Assembly: GCA_043732705.1 (NCBI GenBank)
Contig: JAYTHE010000032.1
Coordinates: 66,005-130,004 of the forward strand
Reading direction: 5' to 3'
Origin: Candidatus Omnitrophota bacterium
GTDB taxonomy: Bacteria > Omnitrophota > Omnitrophia > Omnitrophales > Aquincolibacteriaceae
DNA length: 64,000 nucleotides
How positions within the stretch are numbered: the first letter of the stretch is position 1; each line of letters begins with the position of its first letter. Below, piece after piece: positions 39,081 through 48,790 of the stretch. A program made the translations under genes and the position numbers. The notes beneath the pieces were generated by a model, which saw nothing but the letters and a program-made list of their open reading frames with translations, was not told the origin of the DNA and made no database searches.

Positions 39081-39206
39081 ATGAGAAAAATTCAGTGGGG
39101 TTTAATCCTTTTTTGTGTCTTAGGCCTATTTGCAGGTTGTCATAGTGGAATTATGAAAGGTGCCGGATCTGATATGTCCAGAATGGGAGATAGCTTACAG
39201 AAATAA
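39081..39206 (+). CDS. entericidin (EcnA/EcnB)-like small lipoprotein, 41 aa
   Basis: MRKIQWGLILFCVLGLFAGCHSGIMKGAGSDMSRMGDSLQK; lipobox plus the G-x-G-x-D-hxxxG entericidin pattern; below the ORF cutoff. Confidence 0.7.
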   Translation: MRKIQWGLILFCVLGLFAGCHSGIMKGAGSDMSRMGDSLQK

Positions 39207-39236
39207 AACAGTCAACTGTTTAAGGTAAAGGCTTTT

Positions 39237-39641
39237 ATGAAAAAAAATGTGGGCTTGTGGATTGATCACCGTGAGGCAGTGATGGTTTTTGCTTCACCTG
39301 AAGGGGAAGTCATCAAGAAAATCAGTTCTGCCGCTGAGAAGCATGCCGGCAGGATTGATGGTGAGCGCTCAACTGCGCCTTATGAGTCACAGCTGGTGCA
39401 CGCAGATGACAGCCAACAACGTGCTCTCACGGGACATTTAAACCATTACTATGATGAAGTGATTGCCGACATTCATGACGCAGAATCCATTCTGATATTT
39501 GGCCCCGGCGAAGCAAAAACCGAGCTTAAAAATAGAATGCAGCTTTCAAAAGCGAATTGTTCCGCGGTTATTGTTGAAGCTGCAGACAAGATGACTGACC
39601 CGCAAATTGCGGCAAAAGTTTGGGACTATTTTAAAATTTAA
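39237..39641 (+). CDS. eRF1-like 'host attachment protein' (baeRF-type) family protein
   Basis: Pattern GLWIDHREAVMVF ... ILIFGPGEAKTEL ... VIVEAADKMTDPQIA resembles PF10116-like proteins. Confidence 0.4.
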   Translation: MKKNVGLWIDHREAVMVFASPEGEVIKKISSAAEKHAGRIDGERSTAPYESQLVHADDSQQRALTGHLNHYYDEVIADIHDAESILIFGPGEAKTELKNRMQLSKANCSAVIVEAADKMTDPQIAAKVWDYFKI

Positions 39642-40191
39642 CGATAAAGCATCAAAATTCTTGCCGTATTAAAGTGAGTATAAAATTTATTTAGCGATGT
39701 CATAAATTTCTGACATATTTCTATCATTTCAGACATAGCGCCCGCATTTTAAAGCCTTCCCCTCGAAAGAAACAGGCATGAAGATTGCCTGGTTTTCAAA
39801 TAATATATCCTGAAAGTTTGAGGGAGGCTTTATGCTCGGAAAATCAACTATGGGTATAAAGTTTTCAGCGAAAAAGGTAGGTCTTTGGGCCAAGTTTAAA
39901 AAATGCGAACTGAAGCGGTTAAGGGCGTGGATAGATTAGTATTTTAAACGCAAAGCGGGCTGACCCGCCCGCCTGAAATCGAAAAAATTTAGAATGAGAT
40001 TGATTCGTCGCGGAGATGATCGAGGAGACAAAGAAGATCTGCTCTTAGAACGCTTAAAAAAATTCCTTGTGAGTACGGTTGGCAAAAGAGATTTAAATCT
40101 TAGGTGTTCTCCCAGTTTGTCTTTGTAAGGGGAAATAAATCTATTTTTTTTATTTGCTTTGCCTATATTATAGTCACGCGAAGATAATTTT

Positions 40192-40222
40192 TTGACGTCA
40201 AATGCGATTGAGTTAACTCAAT
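40192..40222 (+). promoter_or_regulatory. two adjacent palindromes (TTGACGTCAA; ATTGAGTTAACTCAAT) 20 nt upstream of the CHASE3 kinase
   Basis: A perfect 10-bp and a perfect 16-bp palindrome immediately 5' of the RBS/GTG start. Confidence 0.4.
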
Positions 40223-40241
40223 TCCGAAGAAGGAAAGACTC

Positions 40242-42545
40242 GTGTTAACCACTTTCTATTCTCAAATTTTACGCTTAATCCGTAAATGGATTTCAGGAAG
40301 AGAGTTTTTTCTTTCGGCCGTAATTTTGGTTTCTCTGCTTTCGGTGAATTCATGGCTTTCTTTCCGCAATATCAATCTCGTGCGCCATGACGCCGAATTA
40401 GTTATTCATACCCAAAAAGTAATTAACGCTCTTGAGGCGGCGCTTTCATTTGCAAAAGATGCGGAGACCGGGCAGCGAGGCTATCTTCTTACCGGCAAAC
40501 AATCCTATCTCGAACCGTATAATCATGCGGTACCGGCCATTTATGGGCAATTGGCGCTGCTGAAACAATTGACCCGTGATAATGCATCGCAGCAGAAACG
40601 CCTGGATGAATTTAAAGCGCGCATTGGATTAAGGTTGAAAGTGCTGGATGAAGTTATCAATGCACAAGAAGGTTTACGCTATCAGTTTACCCGTAAGACT
40701 TTATTGGGCGACCGCGGCAAAGTCGAGATGGACGCCTTGCGCCGGCAGGCCGCTACCATTGAAAAGGTAGAACGCGATTTGTTAGAGCAAAGAACGGAAC
40801 GCTCCACTGTCTCATACCACATCGCGCTTTTCACCAGTTTTCTGTCAAGTTCGATCGGGTTAGGCTTGCTTGTCGCGTTTCTTTTTCTTTTAAGGAAACA
40901 TTTAATTTCTAAAGACAAAGATATGGCCGCGATTTTTGAGCAGCACGAAAGATTTCGAATCACAATCGGAAGTATCGGCGATGCGGTTCTGACCACAGAT
41001 ACACAGGGCCGCGTTACATACTTAAATGAAATTGCGCAAAAATTGACAGGCTGGAAAGAAAAAGATGCTTTCGGGAAGCCTCTAGAGGTAGTTCTTCACA
41101 TTTTAAATGAAAGTTCCCGCCGTATTGTTGAAAGCCCCGCATATCAGGCGTTAAGAGAAGGCACCATTGTCGGGCTGGCTTATGGGACGCTTCTGATCGC
41201 GAAGGACGGAAAAGAAATTCAAATCGAGGACAGTGCCGCACCGATCCGCAATCAGCAAGGTGATGTTGTGGGGGTTGTGCTCGTGTTCCGGGATGTAACT
41301 GATCGTAAAAAATCAGAAGCTGTTTTACTCGAAAGCGAAAAGCGTTATCGACAGTTAATTCAAGGTCTGCCCGCAGCTGTTTATACCTGTGATGCTGACG
41401 GCTACATTATGCTTTATAACCCCGCAGCGGCTGTGCTTTGGGGCCGGGAACCCGAGTTGGGGAAAGAGCTGTGGTGCGGCTCGCATCGAATCTATAGGTC
41501 AAACGGAGAACCTCTCCCGTTAGAGCAATGCCCCATGGCCGTTGTTTTGGAAGGAAAAGAGCCGAAGCGCGGTCAGGAAATTATTATTGAAAGGCCCGAT
41601 GGTACGCGGCGGAATGTTCTACCTTATCCCCAGGCGATTCTTAATAAAGACGGAATTCTCATGGGTGCGATTAACATGCTTGTGGATATCACCGAGCGTA
41701 AAAAAGCAGAGCAAGATTTAATCCGCACGGCCAAAGAGCTTGCAGCTTCAAACACTGAATTAGAAAAAGCGAATATACAGCTTAAGAAATCGACGCATGA
41801 ACTTGAACTGGCAAATATAAGCCTAAAAAAACTCGATGAGATGAAAACGAATTTTATTGCGATCGCATCGCATGAACTCAAGACCCCTCTGACCGCGATG
41901 AAAGGTTTTTTAAGTTTAGTCATCGAAGGCGCGAACGGAAAGCTGCGAGCCGCACAAAAGGAAAGTTTACTTTTTGTAAAAGAAGGCAGTGATCGAATGC
42001 ACCGGCTGATTGACAGTCTATTGAATCTATCGAAAATGGAGCTTGGGCAAATGCCGATGAAAATGAGCGAGAAGGTAAGTGTTAAGAGAATTTTGAGCGA
42101 GACCGTGCGAACATTTCATAATTTAGCCGAAAAGAAGAGCATTTCAATTCAAGAGGAAGTCGAAAGTGATTTAAAAGAAGTTTGTGGCGACGAAGACCGT
42201 TTACGGGAAGTGTTTGATAATCTTGTTTCCAATGCTCTGAAATATACTCCACGTGGCGGAACTATTTGGATTCGAGCGAAAAATAATTCAAAAAAAGTAG
42301 AAATTAAAATTGAAGATACCGGAATTGGAATGAGAAAAGAAGATCTTTGTAAAATATTTGAACCTTTCCAGCACTTGAGGCGCAGCGGCTTGGAAGGCGA
42401 AGAAAGCACCGGATTGGGTTTAGCGTTAGTCAGAAAAATTATCGATGCGCATGGCGGAGAAGTTCAAGTTGAAAGCGTGCTCGGAAAAGGTTCGATTTTT
42501 ATGGTGCTGCTTCCGCAAAAAAATTTGATGGAGGCGGCGCGATGA
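40242..42545 (+). CDS. sensor histidine kinase: CHASE3 - TM - 2x PAS - HisKA - HATPase_c
   Basis: GTG start; CHASE3-like N-terminus, PAS blocks, H-box IASHELKTPLTAMKG, G-boxes. Confidence 0.85.
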   Translation: MLTTFYSQILRLIRKWISGREFFLSAVILVSLLSVNSWLSFRNINLVRHDAELVIHTQKVINALEAALSFAKDAETGQRGYLLTGKQSYLEPYNHAVPAIYGQLALLKQLTRDNASQQKRLDEFKARIGLRLKVLDEVINAQEGLRYQFTRKTLLGDRGKVEMDALRRQAATIEKVERDLLEQRTERSTVSYHIALFTSFLSSSIGLGLLVAFLFLLRKHLISKDKDMAAIFEQHERFRITIGSIGDAVLTTDTQGRVTYLNEIAQKLTGWKEKDAFGKPLEVVLHILNESSRRIVESPAYQALREGTIVGLAYGTLLIAKDGKEIQIEDSAAPIRNQQGDVVGVVLVFRDVTDRKKSEAVLLESEKRYRQLIQGLPAAVYTCDADGYIMLYNPAAAVLWGREPELGKELWCGSHRIYRSNGEPLPLEQCPMAVVLEGKEPKRGQEIIIERPDGTRRNVLPYPQAILNKDGILMGAINMLVDITERKKAEQDLIRTAKELAASNTELEKANIQLKKSTHELELANISLKKLDEMKTNFIAIASHELKTPLTAMKGFLSLVIEGANGKLRAAQKESLLFVKEGSDRMHRLIDSLLNLSKMELGQMPMKMSEKVSVKRILSETVRTFHNLAEKKSISIQEEVESDLKEVCGDEDRLREVFDNLVSNALKYTPRGGTIWIRAKNNSKKVEIKIEDTGIGMRKEDLCKIFEPFQHLRRSGLEGEESTGLGLALVRKIIDAHGGEVQVESVLGKGSIFMVLLPQKNLMEAAR

Positions 42546-42925
42546 AAAAGCATATTCTTATTGTCGAAGATGACTTTGCGATCGGCAAGCTCCTTCAAAT
42601 GTCTTTTACGCATGCAGGATTTACCGTTTCTTTGGCGCGCGATGAAGCCTCTTTTTGCGAGTTGGCGAAAAATACATCCCCCGATTTTATTTTGCTTGAT
42701 CTGATGATTAACAATCGAAAAAGCATCGAATTTTATGAGGCATTAGTTGAAGAAGGGTTGAATCCGCATATCCCGGTGATTGTTTTGACAGCGTCTGTCC
42801 AGGGATTGGTTTCTGTGAAAGGCCCCTCCGGAAAATCTTATCGGGCCTTCGGCAAGCCTTTCGAAACTAAAAACCTGATTGAATTAGTGGGTTCTTCTTT
42901 TTCAGTCAAGCCTTCGAAAGCCTAA
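42542..42925 (+). CDS. single-domain response regulator (receiver only), paralog family member
   Basis: ILIVEDDF...ILLDLMI...; ATGA overlap with the kinase. Confidence 0.75.
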   Translation: MKKHILIVEDDFAIGKLLQMSFTHAGFTVSLARDEASFCELAKNTSPDFILLDLMINNRKSIEFYEALVEEGLNPHIPVIVLTASVQGLVSVKGPSGKSYRAFGKPFETKNLIELVGSSFSVKPSKA

Positions 42926-43056
42926 AAAACCCGTGTAAAAGTGTCTCGTCTTTCGTACAGAATTCTTAAAAATCTGACACATTTCAGCCGCACAAAACAG
43001 CTCTTTTAAGAAATAATATTTTTGTTCCCAATAAGAAGCATGCGCAGTGGCCGAGC

Positions 43057-43072
43057 TGGCACTCCTGATGCT
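43057..43072 (+). promoter_or_regulatory. candidate sigma-54 promoter (TGGCAC-N5-ATGCT)
   Basis: cTGGCACtcctgATGCt, GG-N10-GC spacing correct; ~120 nt upstream of the ferritin-like gene. Confidence 0.4.
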
Positions 43073-43191
43073 ACTCTGATGTTGGGGTTTTCTCAAAGAA
43101 TGAGCTTCAGACGCTTGCCGATGGGGGCTAAAAATGAACAATGAAGATTGGGATTTAGAATAATTCAATTGAATATTATTCGAATTTTTAA

Positions 43192-43788
43192 ATGAAAAAG
43201 GAAAAAATGAAAAATAAAGGTTCTGATTTGGAGCAAAAATCAAAAAGCCGGTTTGTGATGGATGTAAAGGAAATCCGCCGCCGCGCCCGCAAACATGTCG
43301 AAGAAGGTGCTGTCACGGAAGGTTACGAAGGTGACCGCAAGACTATCTTAAAGCTGCTCAATGATGCGCTTGCGACCGAAATTATTTGTGTATTACGCTA
43401 CAAGCGCCATTATTTCATGGCGCAAGGCATTCATGCGAAACCGATTGCTGAAGAATTCCAGGAGCATGCCACTGAAGAACAGGCGCATGCCGACAGTATC
43501 GCGGAAAGAATTATGCAGCTGGGCGGTGAACCTGACCTGAATCCTGAAGGCTTGACTACCCGCAGCCACTCACAGTATGTGGAAGGCGAGTCTTTGCTTG
43601 ATATGGTTAAAGAAGATTTGGTTGCGGAAAGAATCGCGATTGATTCTTACAAAGAAATCATCGCCTATGTCGGCGGCAAAGACCCGACGACCCGCCGTCT
43701 TATGGAGGAAATTCTTTCGAAGGAAGAAGAACATGCGGATGATATGGCGGATATTTTGGCGGCCCTAGATCCGGCCAAAAAAATGTGA
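43192..43788 (+). CDS. bacterioferritin/ferritin-like di-iron protein
   Basis: Ferritin-like four-helix bundle with paired E..H ligand motifs (EIICVLRY...EEQAHADSIAERI). Confidence 0.65.
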   Translation: MKKEKMKNKGSDLEQKSKSRFVMDVKEIRRRARKHVEEGAVTEGYEGDRKTILKLLNDALATEIICVLRYKRHYFMAQGIHAKPIAEEFQEHATEEQAHADSIAERIMQLGGEPDLNPEGLTTRSHSQYVEGESLLDMVKEDLVAERIAIDSYKEIIAYVGGKDPTTRRLMEEILSKEEEHADDMADILAALDPAKKM

Positions 43789-43812
43789 CGGTAAAACGGT
43801 AAAGATTAATTT

Positions 43813-43998
43813 ATGGAATTGATTTTTGAGTGGATAGCGTGGTTTGCCTTGTTCTTGGGATGTATTTTTATTTTATGGAAACTGTACTTATTCACGACGT
43901 GGAACATTGAGAGAACTGTTTTTCTTGGCGGAATCGGCGCTTATCTGGGTTCGAAGTCAAAAAACGCGCGGAAGAAGCAAGCCGTGGCCGCGAAATGA
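43813..43998 (+). CDS. hypothetical small membrane protein (61 aa)
   Basis: Two hydrophobic helices; stop overlaps the GT4 start (ATGA). Confidence 0.3.
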   Translation: MELIFEWIAWFALFLGCIFILWKLYLFTTWNIERTVFLGGIGAYLGSKSKNARKKQAVAAK

Positions 43999-45266
43999 AA
44001 ATATTGATGGTGACGAACACCTATTTAAATGTGGTGGGTGGCCTTGAAAAATCAATCCAGTCTTTTACGCAAAAATTAAGAGAATTGGGACACAAGGTAT
44101 TGATCGCCGGTCCTGACTTTGTCGGCGAAGAAATCGGCGGCAGCAAGGGGGCTCATCCTTTAGCGGACAAATATGCGCCAGTGGTTTTTCCTTTTCGTGG
44201 GAAACTTGAAAAAATTATTGCTCAATTTAATCCTGATGTCATCCACGCCCACCATCCTTTTTTAATGGGAGAAATGGCTTTGCGCTTCTCGGCCTATTAC
44301 GCGCGGCCCGTTATTTTTACTTACCATATTATGTTCAATCAATACGCGCATTATTTACCGTCTGTGTCTTCGTGCCTTTCCGGAACTTTCTTGGTGGAAA
44401 TGGCTGCGGGATTTTGCAATCTTTCAACCCGGGTGATTGCGCCGAGCGAAAGCGTACGTAAAATTTTATGCGATCAAGGCGTTAAAAAACCAATTGATGT
44501 CGTTCCAACCGGAGTTGATATCGCAAAGTTTTCGCGCGGGAACCGTGAAAAAAAGAGAAGAGAACTTGGTTTATCAAAAGAATCGATTCTGCTCGGTTAT
44601 GTGGGGCGTCTCGCGCCCGAGAAAAACCTTGAATTTTTGACAGCTCAGGTTGCACAGTTAATGAACACAAATAAAAATGTTCACTTTCTTGTCGTTGGGA
44701 AAGGTCCTTCCGAAAAAGATTTGGAGAAAGCCTTTAGCCATATGGATATATTGCCGCGTCTTCACTTTTTGGGTGCGCTTCAAGGGCAGGATTTGGTGGA
44801 TTGCTACCATGCAATGGACGTGTTTGTGTTTGCGTCCAAAAGCGAAACTCAAGGTTTGGTTCTCTGCGAAGCGATGGCAGCGGGAGTGCCTGTGGTAGCT
44901 TTGGATGCGCCGGGAGTCCGTGAAGTTGTCAAGGATTTTGAAAATGGCCGGCTAATCTCCGGCGGACATGAAGAGGAGTTTCAATCCGCCTTGGTGTGGT
45001 GCGTGAGCCAGGAGGGCAGGAAGCTTATTCAGTTGAAACAAAACGCCCGGGAAACCGTCAACGCTTTCGGACTTGAAATTTGCGCGGTTCGCGCGCTGGA
45101 GACATATCGTTCAGCTATGCAAGATTATTCTTGTCTTAAAAATGCTCATAAAAACAGAGAGCTAAAGTTATGGCAGTGTTTTCGGATTGAATTGAAAATA
45201 GCGGGTAATTTTCTCCGCTCTTTTTTTCGTGCAGTGAGTAAGACGCTTTTTAAACAAGCAGCCTGA
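43995..45266 (+). CDS. GT4-family glycosyltransferase, paralog 1
   Basis: MKILMVTNTY..VGGLEKSIQ N-terminus; E-x7-E region ...FASKSETQGLVLCEAMAAGVPVVA. Confidence 0.8.
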   Translation: MKILMVTNTYLNVVGGLEKSIQSFTQKLRELGHKVLIAGPDFVGEEIGGSKGAHPLADKYAPVVFPFRGKLEKIIAQFNPDVIHAHHPFLMGEMALRFSAYYARPVIFTYHIMFNQYAHYLPSVSSCLSGTFLVEMAAGFCNLSTRVIAPSESVRKILCDQGVKKPIDVVPTGVDIAKFSRGNREKKRRELGLSKESILLGYVGRLAPEKNLEFLTAQVAQLMNTNKNVHFLVVGKGPSEKDLEKAFSHMDILPRLHFLGALQGQDLVDCYHAMDVFVFASKSETQGLVLCEAMAAGVPVVALDAPGVREVVKDFENGRLISGGHEEEFQSALVWCVSQEGRKLIQLKQNARETVNAFGLEICAVRALETYRSAMQDYSCLKNAHKNRELKLWQCFRIELKIAGNFLRSFFRAVSKTLFKQAA

Positions 45267-45276
45267 GGAGGGCATA

Positions 45277-45402
45277 ATGAAAAGGTTTATGTTGGTTTTA
45301 ATCATGATTCTTTTTGTGGGAGCATTCAATGGTTGTCATAGCGGAACGATGCGTGGAGTCGGTTCGGACATTTCGAGGGTCGGAGACCACTTGCAGAAAT
45401 AA
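45277..45402 (+). CDS. entericidin-like small lipoprotein, paralog 2 (41 aa)
   Basis: MKRFMLVLIMILFVGAFNGCHSGTMRGVGSDISRVGDHLQK; RBS gaggaggg. Confidence 0.7.
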   Translation: MKRFMLVLIMILFVGAFNGCHSGTMRGVGSDISRVGDHLQK

Positions 45403-45484
45403 ATGAACAGATTTATTGCCTGCAAGCTAAACGCAAGAGTACCTTTTATTTCTTTTTAGGAAACAGTACAATATGTTTTAACTT

Positions 45485-45895
45485 ATGGATCAAAAGAAAA
45501 GTGCTCCCGATGCGGGAGTGGTTAAACCCAGAGTTCTTGTCGTGGATGACGAGCAGTCCATGCGGCGTCTTTTGTGCCATACTCTCTCTCTCTCCGGCTT
45601 TAATATTTCAACTGCAGCTAATGCGGCAGAATTTCGTGAGCAAGTTTTTATTCAAAAACCAGAGGTTATTATTCTCGATATTTTGCTGGGTGACCATAAC
45701 GGTCCCGAAGTTTATTTGGAACTGCTGGATGAGGGCTTGGATTCAAATATTCCCGTCATTTTTCTTTCGGCACTGATTGAAAAAAGGTGGATGCCCAAAT
45801 CGATTGAGAGTAACCCGCGCCATGCATTTATCAGCAAGCCGTTTGAGTACCAAGAACTAATACTCAAATTGCGAGAGTTTGCGGCGCTTAAATAA
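45485..45895 (+). CDS. single-domain response regulator (receiver only), paralog family member
   Basis: VLVVDDEQ...IILDILLGDHNGPEVY...IPVIFLSAL. Confidence 0.75.
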   Translation: MDQKKSAPDAGVVKPRVLVVDDEQSMRRLLCHTLSLSGFNISTAANAAEFREQVFIQKPEVIILDILLGDHNGPEVYLELLDEGLDSNIPVIFLSALIEKRWMPKSIESNPRHAFISKPFEYQELILKLREFAALK

Positions 45896-48779
45896 TAAGT
45901 GGGGGATTGCTTTTACCGTGCCAAAGCAGAGTTCTTTTTTAAATCGTCTCCGTTTGAGTAACCTTCTTATTCCTCGGAAGCTGGGCCTGATTGTGGCTAT
46001 TTTTTCGCTTATCATTTGCGCCCTGCTTTCAGTCAATCTCTTTGGAATGGGGGTTCTCTCCGATGTTCGTGCTTATGTTGCCGGTGAAGGAATATGGTCA
46101 AAATCACAAAAAGAAGCCGTTTATGCATTGATGCGGTATGTGATTTTTTATCAGGAAAAAGATTATCAGAATTATTTGGACCATCTCAAAGTTCCTCTGG
46201 GGGACCGTAAAGCCTTAATCGAGCTTTCAAAGCCCAACCCTGACTTTCTCGTTGTGGATGCCGGCTTTATTGAAGGTCAAAATCATCCGCGTGATGTGCG
46301 TGGCATGGGGTATTTATTTAAGCGTTTTTATTTTATTTCTTATATTCGTGATGCCATTCAAGCCTGGAAAGAAGCGGATCAGCTGCTGAATGAATTGATT
46401 CGAGCGGGAGAAGAAGTCAGGAAATATGTCCGGTCCGGAAATGTCACTGAAGAGAAAACGACGCAGTTTTTAGAACGCATAGATAAAATCAATAATACCT
46501 TGGCGCCGCTTGAAGATTCATTTTCTTATCGGTTAGGGGAAGGTGCACGGTGGCTTGTCAGCCTGTTGGTTTGTGTGATGTTCGGGGTTACAGGTATACT
46601 GTTGATTCTAGGAATTATTATCGCAAATTTTATTGCGCGCCAGCTGATCCAGGAAATATACCGGCTTAGAAACGCGGCGGCCAAAATTGCCGAGGGGGAT
46701 TACAGTCAGCCGATAGAAAATCACACCTTGGATGAAGTCGGGGACCTTGCCCGGAGCTTTCAGCAAATGGCGGCTCAGCGACAACACGCGGAAAGAGTTA
46801 AAAATGAATTTTTTGCGACCGTTTCTCATGAACTTCGTACGCCCTTAACATTAGTGCTGACACCGCTTGAATCGCTTTTAATGGGCGAATATGGCCCGTT
46901 ATCGGAACCCGCGCAGCGGATTTTGGGAACGATGCACAATAACGCGATACGACTGCTTCAGATGGTGACCGGGCTGCTTGATTTCTCAAAATTTGAAGCC
47001 GGGCGGATGGAAGTTAAGCGTGAAGATACCGATATCATCGGGGTTACGCAGTCGATTCTCGATGATTTTACGGCCATTGTCAGCCAGAAAAAAATAAAAG
47101 TTCGGCTGAGCGCAAATCAGCCCTCTATTTCGGTTCTTATGGATCGTTATTTTTACGAGCGAATTTTATTTAATCTTCTTTCCAATGCGGTTAAATTTAC
47201 ACCCGAAGAAGGTGAAATTTCTGTTGCGCTTGAACTGCGCGGTGAATATTTGCGCTTGGTGGTTTGTGATACTGGCATTGGCATCTCGGAAGAAAATCAA
47301 AAAATCCTGTTTGAAAAATTTAAACAGCTTGAAGGCGCATCAACACGGCGCTTTGAAGGAACTGGCCTGGGGCTTGCTTTAGTCAAAGAATTTTCCGAAC
47401 TTCTTGGCGGACAGGTTTTGGTTCACAGCGAAGCCGGAAAAGGATCGACATTTACCGTGGAGTGTTTTGCCCCGGCCGCAGCGTCTGTGGCAAAGATCGA
47501 AACTGTGCGTCCCAAAAGAAAACTGGTTCAGCAATTTCCGGTGAATACGGAGTTATCACTCATTTCCGATTCAGTTGATAGGAAGGAATTACCCAAACTT
47601 CTGATTGCTGAAGATAATCCCGAGCTGGCGTTTTATTTGTCCGAGCAGATGCAGGATATTGCGCGCTTAAAAATCGCGAAAGACGGGGAAGAAGCATTGA
47701 AGCTTGCCGAAGAATGGCTGCCTGATCTTGTTCTTTCTGATGTCATGATGCCCAAATTAGACGGAATCGCCCTATGCCGGGCGATTAAAAGCCATCCGAA
47801 AATGGCTTACATTCCGGTTATTTTGCTGACCGCATTGACTTACCGGGATGCTCTTTTAAAAGGATGGGAAGCGGGCGCGGACGAGTATTTGTTTAAACCT
47901 TTTCACCCCACTGAACTTTTAACACGGGTTAAATCCGTGCTTGAAAATTGCAAAGAGCGCCGTGAAACACAAATTGCGCTTAAAGAGTCACACGACCAGC
48001 TTGAAGTCAAAGTCCGCGAGAGAACCGAGGAGCTTCTCGGGGCGAATGAGCGTTTAAAAGAGCTGGATGAATTAAAAACACAATTTATTTTGACCGCGTC
48101 GCATGAGCTCAGGACTCCGCTAACGTCGATTAAGGGCTATGTTGAAATGGTTTTGTACGGTGAGGCGGGCGCGCTCAATGACGAACAAAAAGAGTTTTTG
48201 GGATATGTCAAGGACTCCACCGACCGTTTGCAGCGTTTACTGCGCGAACTTTTGGATATTTCAAAAATAGAATCCGGCGGAGTAGCCATGCATCGGGAAT
48301 TTACTGATATGCGGATTTTAATTAAAGAAGAGCAGGCTCTTTTTAAAGCGCAGGCGCTGGATAAAAAAATTCAGATTCTGATGGATGTTGATCCGGAGTT
48401 AAAGTTTATTTTTTGTGATTCGGATAAAATTCGCGAGGTTTTGGATAATTTGCTCAGCAATGCCATAAAATATACACCCGCAAAAGGGCAAATTAAAATT
48501 TTCGCGCAAAACCAGGAGCATGGAATTTTAATTGGTGTTCAGGATAATGGCATTGGAATTAAAAAGAAAGACCACCGCCTGATTTTTGAACCTTTTCAAC
48601 ATTTGGGAAAGAATGGAACGAATGCCTCAGAGGAAAGTACGGGTTTGGGTTTAACGCTTGTTGAAAAAATTGTTGAAGCGCATGGCGGGCAAGTTCAGGT
48701 CCAAAGCGAAGAGGGTCAAGGCGCGCTTTTTACTGTAAACTTACCTTTCGATATGAATGAAAAAAAACAACCGGAGTAA
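45879..48779 (+). CDS. hybrid sensor kinase with two transmitter modules: sensor-TM-HAMP-HisKA-HATPase-REC-coiled coil-HisKA-HATPase
   Basis: Two H-boxes (ATVSHELRTPLT; LTASHELRTPLTSIKGY), two G-box sets, and an internal receiver (LLIAEDNPE...LVLSDVMMPKLDG). TTG/GTG start uncertain. Confidence 0.85.
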   Translation: MRRLNNKWGIAFTVPKQSSFLNRLRLSNLLIPRKLGLIVAIFSLIICALLSVNLFGMGVLSDVRAYVAGEGIWSKSQKEAVYALMRYVIFYQEKDYQNYLDHLKVPLGDRKALIELSKPNPDFLVVDAGFIEGQNHPRDVRGMGYLFKRFYFISYIRDAIQAWKEADQLLNELIRAGEEVRKYVRSGNVTEEKTTQFLERIDKINNTLAPLEDSFSYRLGEGARWLVSLLVCVMFGVTGILLILGIIIANFIARQLIQEIYRLRNAAAKIAEGDYSQPIENHTLDEVGDLARSFQQMAAQRQHAERVKNEFFATVSHELRTPLTLVLTPLESLLMGEYGPLSEPAQRILGTMHNNAIRLLQMVTGLLDFSKFEAGRMEVKREDTDIIGVTQSILDDFTAIVSQKKIKVRLSANQPSISVLMDRYFYERILFNLLSNAVKFTPEEGEISVALELRGEYLRLVVCDTGIGISEENQKILFEKFKQLEGASTRRFEGTGLGLALVKEFSELLGGQVLVHSEAGKGSTFTVECFAPAAASVAKIETVRPKRKLVQQFPVNTELSLISDSVDRKELPKLLIAEDNPELAFYLSEQMQDIARLKIAKDGEEALKLAEEWLPDLVLSDVMMPKLDGIALCRAIKSHPKMAYIPVILLTALTYRDALLKGWEAGADEYLFKPFHPTELLTRVKSVLENCKERRETQIALKESHDQLEVKVRERTEELLGANERLKELDELKTQFILTASHELRTPLTSIKGYVEMVLYGEAGALNDEQKEFLGYVKDSTDRLQRLLRELLDISKIESGGVAMHREFTDMRILIKEEQALFKAQALDKKIQILMDVDPELKFIFCDSDKIREVLDNLLSNAIKYTPAKGQIKIFAQNQEHGILIGVQDNGIGIKKKDHRLIFEPFQHLGKNGTNASEESTGLGLTLVEKIVEAHGGQVQVQSEEGQGALFTVNLPFDMNEKKQPE

Positions 48780-48790
48780 TCAATAAAGTT

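Noticed and set aside
39994-40128. 44-codon ORF MRLIRRGDDRGDKEDLL...
   Set aside because: No RBS and unusual composition. Kept only as part of the 600-bp regulatory-region finding.
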